A DNA stretch of 64,000 nt from NCBI GenBank assembly GCA_963664405.1, contig OY761158.1:2176001-2240000 (forward strand), written 5' to 3'. This DNA is from Thermoanaerobaculia bacterium (GTDB lineage Bacteria > Acidobacteriota > Thermoanaerobaculia > Multivoradales > Multivoraceae). The notes under the pieces are model-generated. The model saw only the letters and a program-made list of their open reading frames with translations. It was not told the DNA's origin and made no database searches. Position numbers and translations under genes: made by a program. This document shows, piece after piece, positions 30,407 to 38,979 of this stretch (positions within the stretch are counted from its first letter, which is position 1; each line of letters starts with the position of its first letter).

Positions 30407-31633
30407 ATGATCGATTTCGAGATTCCTGCAGAGACCAAAGCGGTCCGTGCCAAGGTGCGAGCGTTCGTCCAGAACGAGTGCATCCCGGCCGAGGAGGCAT
30501 GCACCGCGGAGAACGTCGACGAGGTCTTGGCGGGGCTTCGGGAGAAGGCCCGAGCGCAAGGCCTTTGGTGCCCGTTCATCCCCGAGGAGCATGGCGGCAT
30601 GGGCCTCAGACCTCTGGCCAACGCGCTCGTCCAGATGGAGCTCGGGGAGAGCTTTCTCGGGGCGCTGTCGCTCAATACCCAGGGCCCCGACGACGCAACC
30701 ATGCTGACGCTGCTCGAGAACGGCACCGAGGACCAGAAGGAGCGCTTCTTGAAGCCCCTTCTCGCCGGCGAGAAGCGCATCTGCTACTCGATGACCGAGA
30801 GGGCGGCGGGAGCCGACGCCACAGGGATGCAGACCTCGGCCGTCCTCGACGGCGACAACTACGTTCTGAACGGCGAGAAGTGGTTCAGTTCGTCCGCCAG
30901 CGTCGCCGACGTCGCCCTTGTCATGGCGAAGACCGACCCCGACGTCGCGCGTCACCGGCAGTTCTCGACCTTCCTCGTCGAGCTGCCCGACCCCGGATAC
31001 AAGATCCTGCGCAACATCGAGACCATGCAGCCGCACACCGATCTCGGCCTCAAGCTGGGCGGATCTCATTCGGAGATTCGCATCGAGAACCTCGTTGTTC
31101 CGAAGGAGAACCTCCTCGGCGGCCGCGGCCAGGGCTTCGCGATGGGCCAACACCGCCTCGCCTACGGGCGCCTGCGCCACGGCATGCACAACGTGGCGAT
31201 GGGGCAGCGTGCTCTCGACCTCGCCGTGGGCCATGCGGTTCAGCGCGTCACCTTCGGCAAGCGACTCGCCGACCGGCAGGGGGTGCGCTGGATGCTCGCC
31301 GACTGCGCGGCCGAGCTCTACAAGGCGCGCCTCATGCTGCTCCACATCGCCTACAAGGCGGAGAAGGGCATGGACCTGCGCAACGAGAACGGCATCGCCA
31401 AGGTGTTTCTCGCCAACATGGTTCACCAGGTGGTCGACACGGCCATCCAGCTCCACGGCGCTCTGGGCTACAGTATGGACACGCCGCTGGCGGGTTGGTA
31501 CCGCGGCATCCGCGCCCAACGGCTGGTCGACGGCCCCGACGAGGTCCACCGCTGGCGTACCGGCAAGAACGTCGTTCAGGCGTATGAGGCGCACGGCACG
31601 ACGGCGTCCGCCTGCGGGGGCGACCTTCTTTGA
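30407..31633 (+). CDS. Acyl-CoA dehydrogenase
   Basis: YSMTE..AGADA, NGEKWFSS, QLHGALG, DGPDEVH. Confidence 0.95.
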   Translation: MIDFEIPAETKAVRAKVRAFVQNECIPAEEACTAENVDEVLAGLREKARAQGLWCPFIPEEHGGMGLRPLANALVQMELGESFLGALSLNTQGPDDATMLTLLENGTEDQKERFLKPLLAGEKRICYSMTERAAGADATGMQTSAVLDGDNYVLNGEKWFSSSASVADVALVMAKTDPDVARHRQFSTFLVELPDPGYKILRNIETMQPHTDLGLKLGGSHSEIRIENLVVPKENLLGGRGQGFAMGQHRLAYGRLRHGMHNVAMGQRALDLAVGHAVQRVTFGKRLADRQGVRWMLADCAAELYKARLMLLHIAYKAEKGMDLRNENGIAKVFLANMVHQVVDTAIQLHGALGYSMDTPLAGWYRGIRAQRLVDGPDEVHRWRTGKNVVQAYEAHGTTASACGGDLL

Positions 31634-31670
31634 GGAGCCGGTTGCGCTGCACCCGCGGTGCGATCAGACC

Positions 31671-31700
31671 CCCGTTCGCTTCGCGAACGAGGTGCCACCC
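31671..31700 (+). repeat. REP-like hairpin repeat, left copy
   Basis: CCCGTTCGCTTCGCGAACGAGGTGCCACCC; inverted copy at 32881-32911. Confidence 0.8.
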
Positions 31701-31919
31701 AGATATTCAGGGACGCGGCGATAGGCCCTATTAGACGTAATGGAATGCGTGCTCCCTCTAACAGTGGGCTCGCTACCGATCGAAACTCCAGCATTCCAAG
31801 CTCACGACGGAGCCATGCGAGGTGGAGTGGAGAGGCGCCTCGCGCCTATTCCGATGGAGCGTCGCCGCATTGACTCTGCGGGATGTCGCCGCCCCACGAC
31901 GACCAGAGAAACCTGAAGT

Positions 31920-32825
31920 TCAGGTCGTCACGAAGGGCAGAGAGGGCGGGAAAGACCCCGGAGGAAAGTCCACAGGCACACACGCCCTCAGTCTCTCGCA
32001 GGCCTCGCGATAGACAGCCACGAAGCGTCGATAGGCTGCTTGGAATTGTCGCGCGCTCTGCCAAGTCGCCGCATGCACGAGCGGCGCCGGGGACTTGGCG
32101 CTCGATCGTGGCCTCCCATGAGGATCCTGGCGCAGGATCCCCTCTCTCCCAAGAGGTCGCCTCCCACTCCGTCGCTGCGCCTCCGCAATGTGGTGAGCAC
32201 GCTCCTGGAACCAGGCAACACGATCTTCTGGCTCCCAGCCCAACATGCAAGGCAGCGGTGTCAGCTTGACTACCCGTCGCTCGCGAAAGAGCTTCTCCGA
32301 GCTGTCTTCGCCTCGTTGACGCGCCTGGTACTGCGCCGTGCGATTGATCCACTCTCCTCCGATCTCGTTCCGGCCCTGAAGTAGAGCCCGAGTACTCTGC
32401 GCTCCGGGCCAGTCCTGAGGCCTCGAGACCAGATTCTCCTTGACGCCCTGGGCAAGGATGTAGTCCATGCGCCCGAGCTGCGCCGTTTCTTCCTGCGTCA
32501 CCACGATCGCTTGGTAGCGCCGTCCCCAGAACTTCTCGCGCCACCGAGCGAGACGTCCTGCTTCACGAGCCACGTTGGACTGAACGTAGTTCATGAAGCG
32601 CGCCATTTGCTCGGCGTCGTCGACCGTAATGAGAAGATGGAAGTGGTTCGACAGGTACACGAAGGCATGGATCTCTACCCCATAGAGCTCCTGTGCACGA
32701 CTGAGAACGCCGATAATGCGACGCCGCAGAAGCTTCGAAGGACCCAGCAGAAAGCGACCCTGCAGGGTCCTACAAGTGATCTCGGCCAGGGATCGCTCGG
32801 GTATGAAGCGCAGACGGCGGCTCAT
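31920..32825 (-). CDS. Y1 HUH tyrosine transposase (IS200/RAYT-like)
   Basis: SNHFHLL HUH motif, KFWGRRY, catalytic Tyr in DYILAQGVKENLV..PQDWPG. Confidence 0.88.
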   Translation of the reverse strand: MSRRLRFIPERSLAEITCRTLQGRFLLGPSKLLRRRIIGVLSRAQELYGVEIHAFVYLSNHFHLLITVDDAEQMARFMNYVQSNVAREAGRLARWREKFWGRRYQAIVVTQEETAQLGRMDYILAQGVKENLVSRPQDWPGAQSTRALLQGRNEIGGEWINRTAQYQARQRGEDSSEKLFRERRVVKLTPLPCMLGWEPEDRVAWFQERAHHIAEAQRRSGRRPLGREGILRQDPHGRPRSSAKSPAPLVHAATWQSARQFQAAYRRFVAVYREACERLRACVPVDFPPGSFPPSLPFVTT

Positions 32826-32877
32826 ACATGACTAGGGTGCCAACCCTGGGCAGAAAATGCACCGGACGGCCACTTTT

Positions 32878-33060
32878 TTAGGGTGGCACCTTCGTTCGCG
32901 AAGCGAACGGGAGAAAAGCCCGAGTCGCAAGGGCGACCTGAATGGCGCCATCGACAAGATCCCAGCGAAGTACATCGCCAGGGCCCAGCGCCAGCATGTC
33001 GCGGACTTCCTTGGGAACCGTAGTCTGGTTCTTCGACGTGATCTTGGATTGGGCCATCAT
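32878..33060 (-). CDS. AbrB/MazE/SpoVT-family DNA-binding (antitoxin-like) protein, probably 3'-truncated
   Basis: SKITSKNQTTVPKEVRDMLALGPGDVL; last 10 codons come from the repeat; no toxin gene follows. Confidence 0.75.
   Translation of the reverse strand: MMAQSKITSKNQTTVPKEVRDMLALGPGDVLRWDLVDGAIQVALATRAFLPFASRTKVPP
32881..32911 (-). repeat. REP-like hairpin repeat, right copy
   Basis: GGGTGGCACCTTCGTTCGCGAAGCGAACGGG, reverse complement of 31671-31700 with one extra T. Confidence 0.8.
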
Positions 33061-33114
33061 CGATTCCTTACCAATTATCCAACATCGTAAGGAGACTCGC
33101 AACTCGCGCTCCTC

Positions 33115-33357
33115 CTAGCCAGCGTTTCCGAAGTTCGAGTCGCATAGCTCGAGGTCATTCTGTTCGCTGGCTAGGAGCCTGCGAAGCAGGCGAGTAGTTC
33201 TCAGGCGGGGATGGGCCGGAGAACGGGCCGCAGGTCCGTTCTCCGGGGCGAGGCGCGCCGACGCAGGCATATTGGGAATCTGTCGAGGAGGTGCAACGCC
33301 GCCAGCGGGCAGAAGGGGCCGAGATAGGTGGCGCGAACTTTGGAAACGCTGGTCTAG
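33115..33357. mobile_element. Family A CTAG element with a ~79-bp internal insert
   Basis: Reverse complement of 56288-56453 plus an insert at ~33172-33250 that begins like the IS1182 end. Confidence 0.8.
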
Positions 33358-33444
33358 TGCAGGGGGCCGCCCCATCGAGCTTCAGACCTGAAGACGAAAT
33401 GGAGGGCTGGAGCCTTGCAGCGAGAAGAGTGAGGGGGGCGCGAC

Positions 33445-34641
33445 TCAGAAAATCGGGTCGCGGAGATAGACCTGAGTCGGTTCCTGGTGCCGGATCGTCT
33501 CGACCTTGGTCATCGTGCCCGAAGCGACTTCGAGCACGCGTTGCAACAGCTTCTCACCAGCCGATTCGACGGTCTCGCTTCCTTCGAGAACCGTGCCGGA
33601 GTAGAAGTCGATCGAGGACGAGGATCGAGCCAACGTGCCGGGGTTCGCCGTGGTCCAAAGCAGCGGGGCAACCACGCCGGGACTCGGATACAGCAACAAG
33701 TCGCTCTCGTTGCTCACAAAGCCACCCCCACCCAACTGAAACAACATCAGCTGCGCCCCCGTAGCCGCATAGCCAACATAGATACACATGGTCGGAGTCG
33801 TATCGACGAAGTAGAGCCCCTTGCCCCCGGGTCGTTCTCCGTACTTGAGGACGCCCTGGATCGGTGAGGAGCCCGACTTGCAAATCGCCCCGAGCGACTT
33901 CTCTTCCAAGGTCGATATACCGCCTTTGATATTGGCCGGGATCGGATTCATCGTACGGATGTCTTCCCCGGTCGACTTCGCTTCCGCCTCGATGGTCTCG
34001 GCGACCTCCAGAATGTCTTTGGCCACGTCTTCGTTGACGGCGCGGCCGGCGAGCACATGCTCGGCGCCGACGATCTCGGTGTTCTCGCCGAGGACGGCAG
34101 TACCGCCGGCCTGGACGACACGATCGTAGAGATTGCCGATAACCGGATTGCCGGCCAGACCCGAAGTGGTATCGGAAGCCCCACACTTCACCGCCAGCAC
34201 GAGCCGACTGACATCAAACGACTGGCGGCGAAGCTCAGACGCCTCATACGCCATCTCTCTAGCAAGGGCTATCCCCTTGGCGATCGCCGCCAGCGTCCCT
34301 CCTTCGTCCTCGTGTCGCAGCACTTCGACTCGCTTGCCGGACTTCGAGATCTCCTCGTAGAGCCTGTCGACGGTGTACTCGGCATAGCCCGCGCGAGCGA
34401 TCGAGCCGTCGATGATGACCGAGGCGACATTCGGATTCAGACCGAGGCCGATCAGGGTGCGACCGACCGTTTCGCGATCGCGGCTCGTATGGTCGAAGTA
34501 AGTGTCGCCGGCGATCAGCACGGTCTTGGTGCCCGCCACGAAGTCGCAGATCTTGGATGCGACGATCCCGCCAGGAATCACCAGAACATGATTGCGGATA
34601 CCCACCGAGCCATCGGGACGCTCATAGCCCTCGAACTTCAT
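33445..34641 (-). CDS. UxaA-family dehydratase/sulfolactate sulfo-lyase-like large subunit
   Basis: GYERPDGSVGIRN, KCGASDTTSG, NIKGGISTLEEKSLG. Confidence 0.9.
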   Translation of the reverse strand: MKFEGYERPDGSVGIRNHVLVIPGGIVASKICDFVAGTKTVLIAGDTYFDHTSRDRETVGRTLIGLGLNPNVASVIIDGSIARAGYAEYTVDRLYEEISKSGKRVEVLRHEDEGGTLAAIAKGIALAREMAYEASELRRQSFDVSRLVLAVKCGASDTTSGLAGNPVIGNLYDRVVQAGGTAVLGENTEIVGAEHVLAGRAVNEDVAKDILEVAETIEAEAKSTGEDIRTMNPIPANIKGGISTLEEKSLGAICKSGSSPIQGVLKYGERPGGKGLYFVDTTPTMCIYVGYAATGAQLMLFQLGGGGFVSNESDLLLYPSPGVVAPLLWTTANPGTLARSSSSIDFYSGTVLEGSETVESAGEKLLQRVLEVASGTMTKVETIRHQEPTQVYLRDPIF

Positions 34642-34952
34642 TTCGACTCCTTCTTGACCAGGTCGCCTCGACCGCGAGTGCCCTCGAGGTTGTGGATATG
34701 AACGAGGTCGCCCTCGCGAATATCCTCCGAAGCGATGCCGATCGACTCACCGTACTTCTTGACCTGAGAGCCCTTGGCAATATCCGCGGTGGCGATCTTG
34801 AATCCGAACGGGATCGCCTCGATGGCGACGACTCTACGAGTCTGCTCCCCCAGCTGGACCTCGACCGAAGTACCGCTCGACACTTCCTCCAAGCAGGTAG
34901 CGACGTTGTCCTCTTCCGACAACATCATCGCGCCTTTGAAAGCCATCGTCAT
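34638..34952 (-). CDS. UxaA-family SAF-domain small subunit
   Basis: DNVAT, IPFGFKIA, KYGESIG, VHIHN; overlaps the start of the large subunit. Confidence 0.9.
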   Translation of the reverse strand: MTMAFKGAMMLSEEDNVATCLEEVSSGTSVEVQLGEQTRRVVAIEAIPFGFKIATADIAKGSQVKKYGESIGIASEDIREGDLVHIHNLEGTRGRGDLVKKESK

Positions 34953-34970
34953 CCTCCTTATCAGGGTGGC

Positions 34971-35708
34971 TCAGAAAACGAGCTCGACAACCACGAAAGC
35001 GACAGCGATCGCGGCGAGAACGCCGAGCAGCAGGATGATATACGCGAGAGCCTTCATCACTCTGAGCGCTCGCTTCACCGTCCTGCGGTCGTTCACGCGG
35101 GGGAAGTCACCATCGGGGACCTCCAACCCGAGAAAGTCGCACAGAGGGCGCCACCCCTCGCTGACCTCGAAGACGAGAAGTCGGTCGCTCGGAACTGCTG
35201 CCCTCACTTCGTCCACATGTTCGAGATAACGCGCGACGGCCCGGCTACGGTCGCTCATCGTGCCTCGTAGGAAGCGCAGCCATACCAGGTCGCGAACCAT
35301 CGAGTTGAAGCGGCGAAGCACCGGGATCATCCGCTCGATCACCCGCCAGTGCCAAAGCCGCTCACCGTAGTAGATCGTCTCGTAGGTGCTCTCGTACCAG
35401 GCCTCCGGACCGCCGGGGTGAAGGGTCAGGAGCACCTTGGCGTCGGGATAGGCAGCCAGCAGCTCGCGCCAGACGCACGAGGCCGGGAAGTCGACACAGG
35501 CTGTGTAGTCGGCGAAGACGCGCTCCCAGTCGTGTTGGGTGCCTTCAGGCGACGCCGCGACCTCACGCCAAAACCAGAGATGCCCCCGGTTCCTGGCGTC
35601 GATGACCACCCGCATGTGGTAGCAAGGGAAGCCGAGGCTGTTGAGCGCGACCCGCGTAGAGTCAGTTCCGGTGCGACCGAAACCGGCACCGATGATCTTC
35701 AGAGGCAC
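34971..35708 (-). CDS. Sulfotransferase-family (P-loop) protein with C-terminal TM helix
   Basis: IIGAGFGRTGT, CYHM, DFP, YPDAKVLLT, EGWRPLCDFLG, FPRVND; start uncertain. Confidence 0.85.
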   Translation of the reverse strand: MPLKIIGAGFGRTGTDSTRVALNSLGFPCYHMRVVIDARNRGHLWFWREVAASPEGTQHDWERVFADYTACVDFPASCVWRELLAAYPDAKVLLTLHPGGPEAWYESTYETIYYGERLWHWRVIERMIPVLRRFNSMVRDLVWLRFLRGTMSDRSRAVARYLEHVDEVRAAVPSDRLLVFEVSEGWRPLCDFLGLEVPDGDFPRVNDRRTVKRALRVMKALAYIILLLGVLAAIAVAFVVVELVF

Positions 35709-35851
35709 CGGACTCCGACCTTGGGTCTCATGATCAAGCCTCCTTACGAGAAGACGAGAGTTTCGCACACCGTCGCCGCCACTTTGAAATAGGATGGGAG
35801 CCTATCCAAGGGGGGATGGTCCACTCGGTCGAAAACCAGGAGGAAACTCGA

Positions 35852-36391
35852 ATGAGAATCGCCCGTTACTTCCTTCGCCTCGCCCTCGCAGCGTCACTCC
35901 TGCTGACGATGGCGCCGGCCGCGAACGCCGTCGACTTCTCGGTTTTCGGCTCGTATTTCGATACCAGCGATCTCGCAGAAACCTATGGTGGAGGAGTTCG
36001 CCTGGGGCTCTTCCATCGCATCCAGCTACAGCTCGCCGGTACCCTCTACGACAGCGTTGAAGAATCGATTCCGATCCCGGGAGGCGGTATGGGTAGCGTC
36101 GATGTCGACATGACAGCGATCGACGGCGGAGTCGCCTTCTACTTCGGCGGCAAGGCCACCGGTTTCAACGTCGGCGGCGGTCTCTCCTACTTCATCTTCG
36201 ACGAAGCCACCCGTGAGGCCGACGACGAGGTGGGGTACTACGGCCAAATCGGCTATCAGTTCGAGCACTTCTTCCTCGAGGGCAAGTACCGAGTCATCGA
36301 AGGCACGATCGAAGAGATCATCGACGGCATCAAGCAGGGCGTCGACGTGTCGATCGACGGCATCACCGTGAACGCCGGCTGGAGGTTCTGA
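35852..36391 (+). CDS. Small outer-membrane beta-barrel protein
   Basis: Signal peptide, alternating beta strands, terminal WRF; AGGAGG RBS. Confidence 0.8.
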   Translation: MRIARYFLRLALAASLLLTMAPAANAVDFSVFGSYFDTSDLAETYGGGVRLGLFHRIQLQLAGTLYDSVEESIPIPGGGMGSVDVDMTAIDGGVAFYFGGKATGFNVGGGLSYFIFDEATREADDEVGYYGQIGYQFEHFFLEGKYRVIEGTIEEIIDGIKQGVDVSIDGITVNAGWRF

Positions 36392-36417
36392 GACGGCGCT
36401 CGCCTGACCGGCCTGGG

Positions 36418-38103
36418 TCAGATCGACTTATCGCGACCAGCCCAATAGGGCTCCCTCACCTGACGTCGTAAGATCTTGCCCGTCGGCAGGCGGGGCAGGT
36501 CGGTGGCGAAGTCGATGCGGCGCGGGCTCTTGTAGTGGGGCAGATGCTCCCGTGTCCACTGCACCATCTCCTCAGCCAGCTCCTCGCTGGGCTCGAAGCC
36601 CTCCTTCAGCTCGACCACCGACAGCACGCTCTCTCCCCACTCCTGGTTCGGAATGCCGATGGTGCAGACCTCGTAGACCGCCGGGTGCTGGTGGATGATG
36701 TCGTCGACTTCCTGGGGATAGATGTTGACACCACCGGCGATGATCGTCTCGGCGCTGCGCCCGGTCAGGAACAAGTAGCCTTCTGCGTCGACGTAGCCCA
36801 TGTCTCCCATGGTGAAGTAATCGCCGCGATAGGAGCTGGCGGTCTTCTCGGGCGCCTTGAAATACACGAAGCGATTCTCCGGCGCCTTGAAGTAGACGGT
36901 ACCGGTCTCGTTGGCACCTACGACCCTACCCTCGTCGTCCTGGACCTGCGCCTCCGTACCTTCTAGAGGGCGCCCGACCGTCCCCGGCTTGGTCAGCCAT
37001 TCATCGGAATCGACGTAGTAGCTACCGCCCTCGGTGGCAGCGTAATACTCGTGAATCACCGGCCCCAGCCATTCGATCATCGCCTGCTTTATGTGCACAG
37101 GACACGGCGCGGCGCCGTGAACGACCCAACGCATCGAGCTGATGTCGTACTTCTGCTTGATGTCGTCGGGGAGGGCCAGAAGGCGGTGGAACATCGTCGC
37201 CACCATATGGGTGTGGGTGGCTCGGTGACGGTCGATCAGTTGAAGGGTCTCTTCAGCGTCCCATTTGTCCATCAGGATCACCCCGACACCGACACCGAAG
37301 GGAATCGCCAAATTGAGAGCCAGGGGAGCCGCGTGGTAGAGAGGCCCGGTGACGAGAGCCATGTCGGTTTCGGGGTTGCACGCCGCCGTTTCACGAAACT
37401 TCAGAAGCAGCGGAGCCGGGGTCGGATCGGGCCTGCGAAAAACACCCTTGGGGCGACCCGTGGTGCCGGAGGTGTAGAGCATCGATGAGCCCAGAGTCGG
37501 GTCCTCGAGATTCTCGCCGTCGTGGTCGGCTAGCGCGAGATGATAATCATCGAGGCCTTCGATCGAGCCGAGCGCAAGTCCCTCGACCAGATGTGGCGAG
37601 AGCGCCATCGCCTCGATGGCCGAGTCGGCGAACGCCCCATCGGCCACAAGCACTTTGGCCTCACAGTCGGTGACGATATAGGCGACATCCTCAGCGCTGA
37701 GATGCCAATTGATCGGGGTCATTCGACCACCGATGCGGGAGACAGCCTGCAAGGTCTCGATGAACTCGGGCCGGTTCCTCGCCAGGAGAGCAACGCCGTC
37801 GCCGGGCCCCACCCCTGCCAACCGCAGCCTTCGCGCCAGCCGGTTGGCGTTCTCGTTGAGCTCTCCCCAGCTGCGTGACCCGAACCTCGAGACCACAGCC
37901 TGTCGCTCGGGGGCAAGGCCCGCGTGGTAGGCCAGGACCATCCCCCGCGCCGCCCACTTCTGCAACTCTTCCGGATCAACCTTGGCTCGGGTGCTCAGTG
38001 GCTCGCCCCTCTCTCTGTCTGTAGGAGACACAACACTAGCACCCGCCCTCCGGGGCAAAAAGCCGTCCCTCCGGAAGAAGGAAGCCGGTGCGGACCGGGC
38101 CAA
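36418..38103 (-). CDS. Acyl-CoA synthetase (AMP-binding)
   Basis: YTSGTTGRPKG, YYAATE, TMGD, LPRLPTGK; true start probably near 37998. Confidence 0.92.
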   Translation of the reverse strand: MARSAPASFFRRDGFLPRRAGASVVSPTDRERGEPLSTRAKVDPEELQKWAARGMVLAYHAGLAPERQAVVSRFGSRSWGELNENANRLARRLRLAGVGPGDGVALLARNRPEFIETLQAVSRIGGRMTPINWHLSAEDVAYIVTDCEAKVLVADGAFADSAIEAMALSPHLVEGLALGSIEGLDDYHLALADHDGENLEDPTLGSSMLYTSGTTGRPKGVFRRPDPTPAPLLLKFRETAACNPETDMALVTGPLYHAAPLALNLAIPFGVGVGVILMDKWDAEETLQLIDRHRATHTHMVATMFHRLLALPDDIKQKYDISSMRWVVHGAAPCPVHIKQAMIEWLGPVIHEYYAATEGGSYYVDSDEWLTKPGTVGRPLEGTEAQVQDDEGRVVGANETGTVYFKAPENRFVYFKAPEKTASSYRGDYFTMGDMGYVDAEGYLFLTGRSAETIIAGGVNIYPQEVDDIIHQHPAVYEVCTIGIPNQEWGESVLSVVELKEGFEPSEELAEEMVQWTREHLPHYKSPRRIDFATDLPRLPTGKILRRQVREPYWAGRDKSI

Positions 38104-38149
38104 TCCGAGACGGCGAAGATCCGTCCCACGACTACGGTACGCTCGCTAC

Positions 38150-38785
38150 ATGCGGCACGTCGTGGTCTCGCGAATGTCGGTACCGCGGCTGGATGAGCTC
38201 ACCGCCGAGCTCCACCGCGACCCGGAGTGGCTCGCCGCTCGGATGGAGCTCTTCCACAGATACTTCGCTGCCAGCGTCGGACGGCTCGGTGTGCCCACCA
38301 TCCTGCTGTGCTCGAGTGCCAGCGCTGGTTACGTGGTCGACAATACCCGCGGACTGAACTGGCTCAGCGTCGAGGTCCAGGATGACTGGTACGGTGGCTG
38401 GACCGGCGCTCCGGACCAGATGGTGACGCGGCTCGACTCGGACGACTCGCTGCGCGAGGACTGGTTCAAGGCGCTCGACGCCGCCCCGCCCGGCTTCGAC
38501 GCCTATTGCACGAAGCGTTTCCTCCGCTTCGATCCAAAGACCCGGGGGCTCTACGAGCGCGTCCGGCGGGAGCCCGCCTCACTGGCCGCGTTCTCCGCCG
38601 GCAGGAGTCCCTTCGACCACGACCACAAGACGCTCGAGGAGCACTACAGAACCTTCGAGCTTCCGCAGTCCTACCTGCTGCAAGTGGTCCACAGCGGCAA
38701 TCTGAGTTGGCGGCGGCCGCGATGGTGGCACTTCCGCTATCGGGTGCCGCTGGAGCGCATGAAGCCGTTCGGGTTGGAGGTCTAG
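38150..38785 (+). CDS. Putative glycosyltransferase (rhamnosyltransferase-like)
   Basis: WLAARMELF, TRLDSDD (DxD), LQVVHSGN. Confidence 0.65.
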   Translation: MRHVVVSRMSVPRLDELTAELHRDPEWLAARMELFHRYFAASVGRLGVPTILLCSSASAGYVVDNTRGLNWLSVEVQDDWYGGWTGAPDQMVTRLDSDDSLREDWFKALDAAPPGFDAYCTKRFLRFDPKTRGLYERVRREPASLAAFSAGRSPFDHDHKTLEEHYRTFELPQSYLLQVVHSGNLSWRRPRWWHFRYRVPLERMKPFGLEV

Positions 38786-38909
38786 CCTCCGGAAATGATC
38801 GCTATCATTTCCTCCGGCTAGTTTTTGTTTGGCGCCGAGGACGGCGCACTCGGGCATTGCTTCCTATTCGCTCCGGGAAACGGCTCAGGACGAATACTCG
38901 GACACGCTC

Positions 38910-38979
38910 CTAGCCTGGACTATTCATGAGGTCCGTAGCGAGGTGCCGCAGTAGGAGCTTCATGAATAATCCAGGCTAG
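38910..38979. repeat. 70-bp CTAG-bounded palindrome
   Basis: CTAGCCTGGACTATTCATGA ... TCATGAATAATCCAGGCTAG. Confidence 0.75.
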
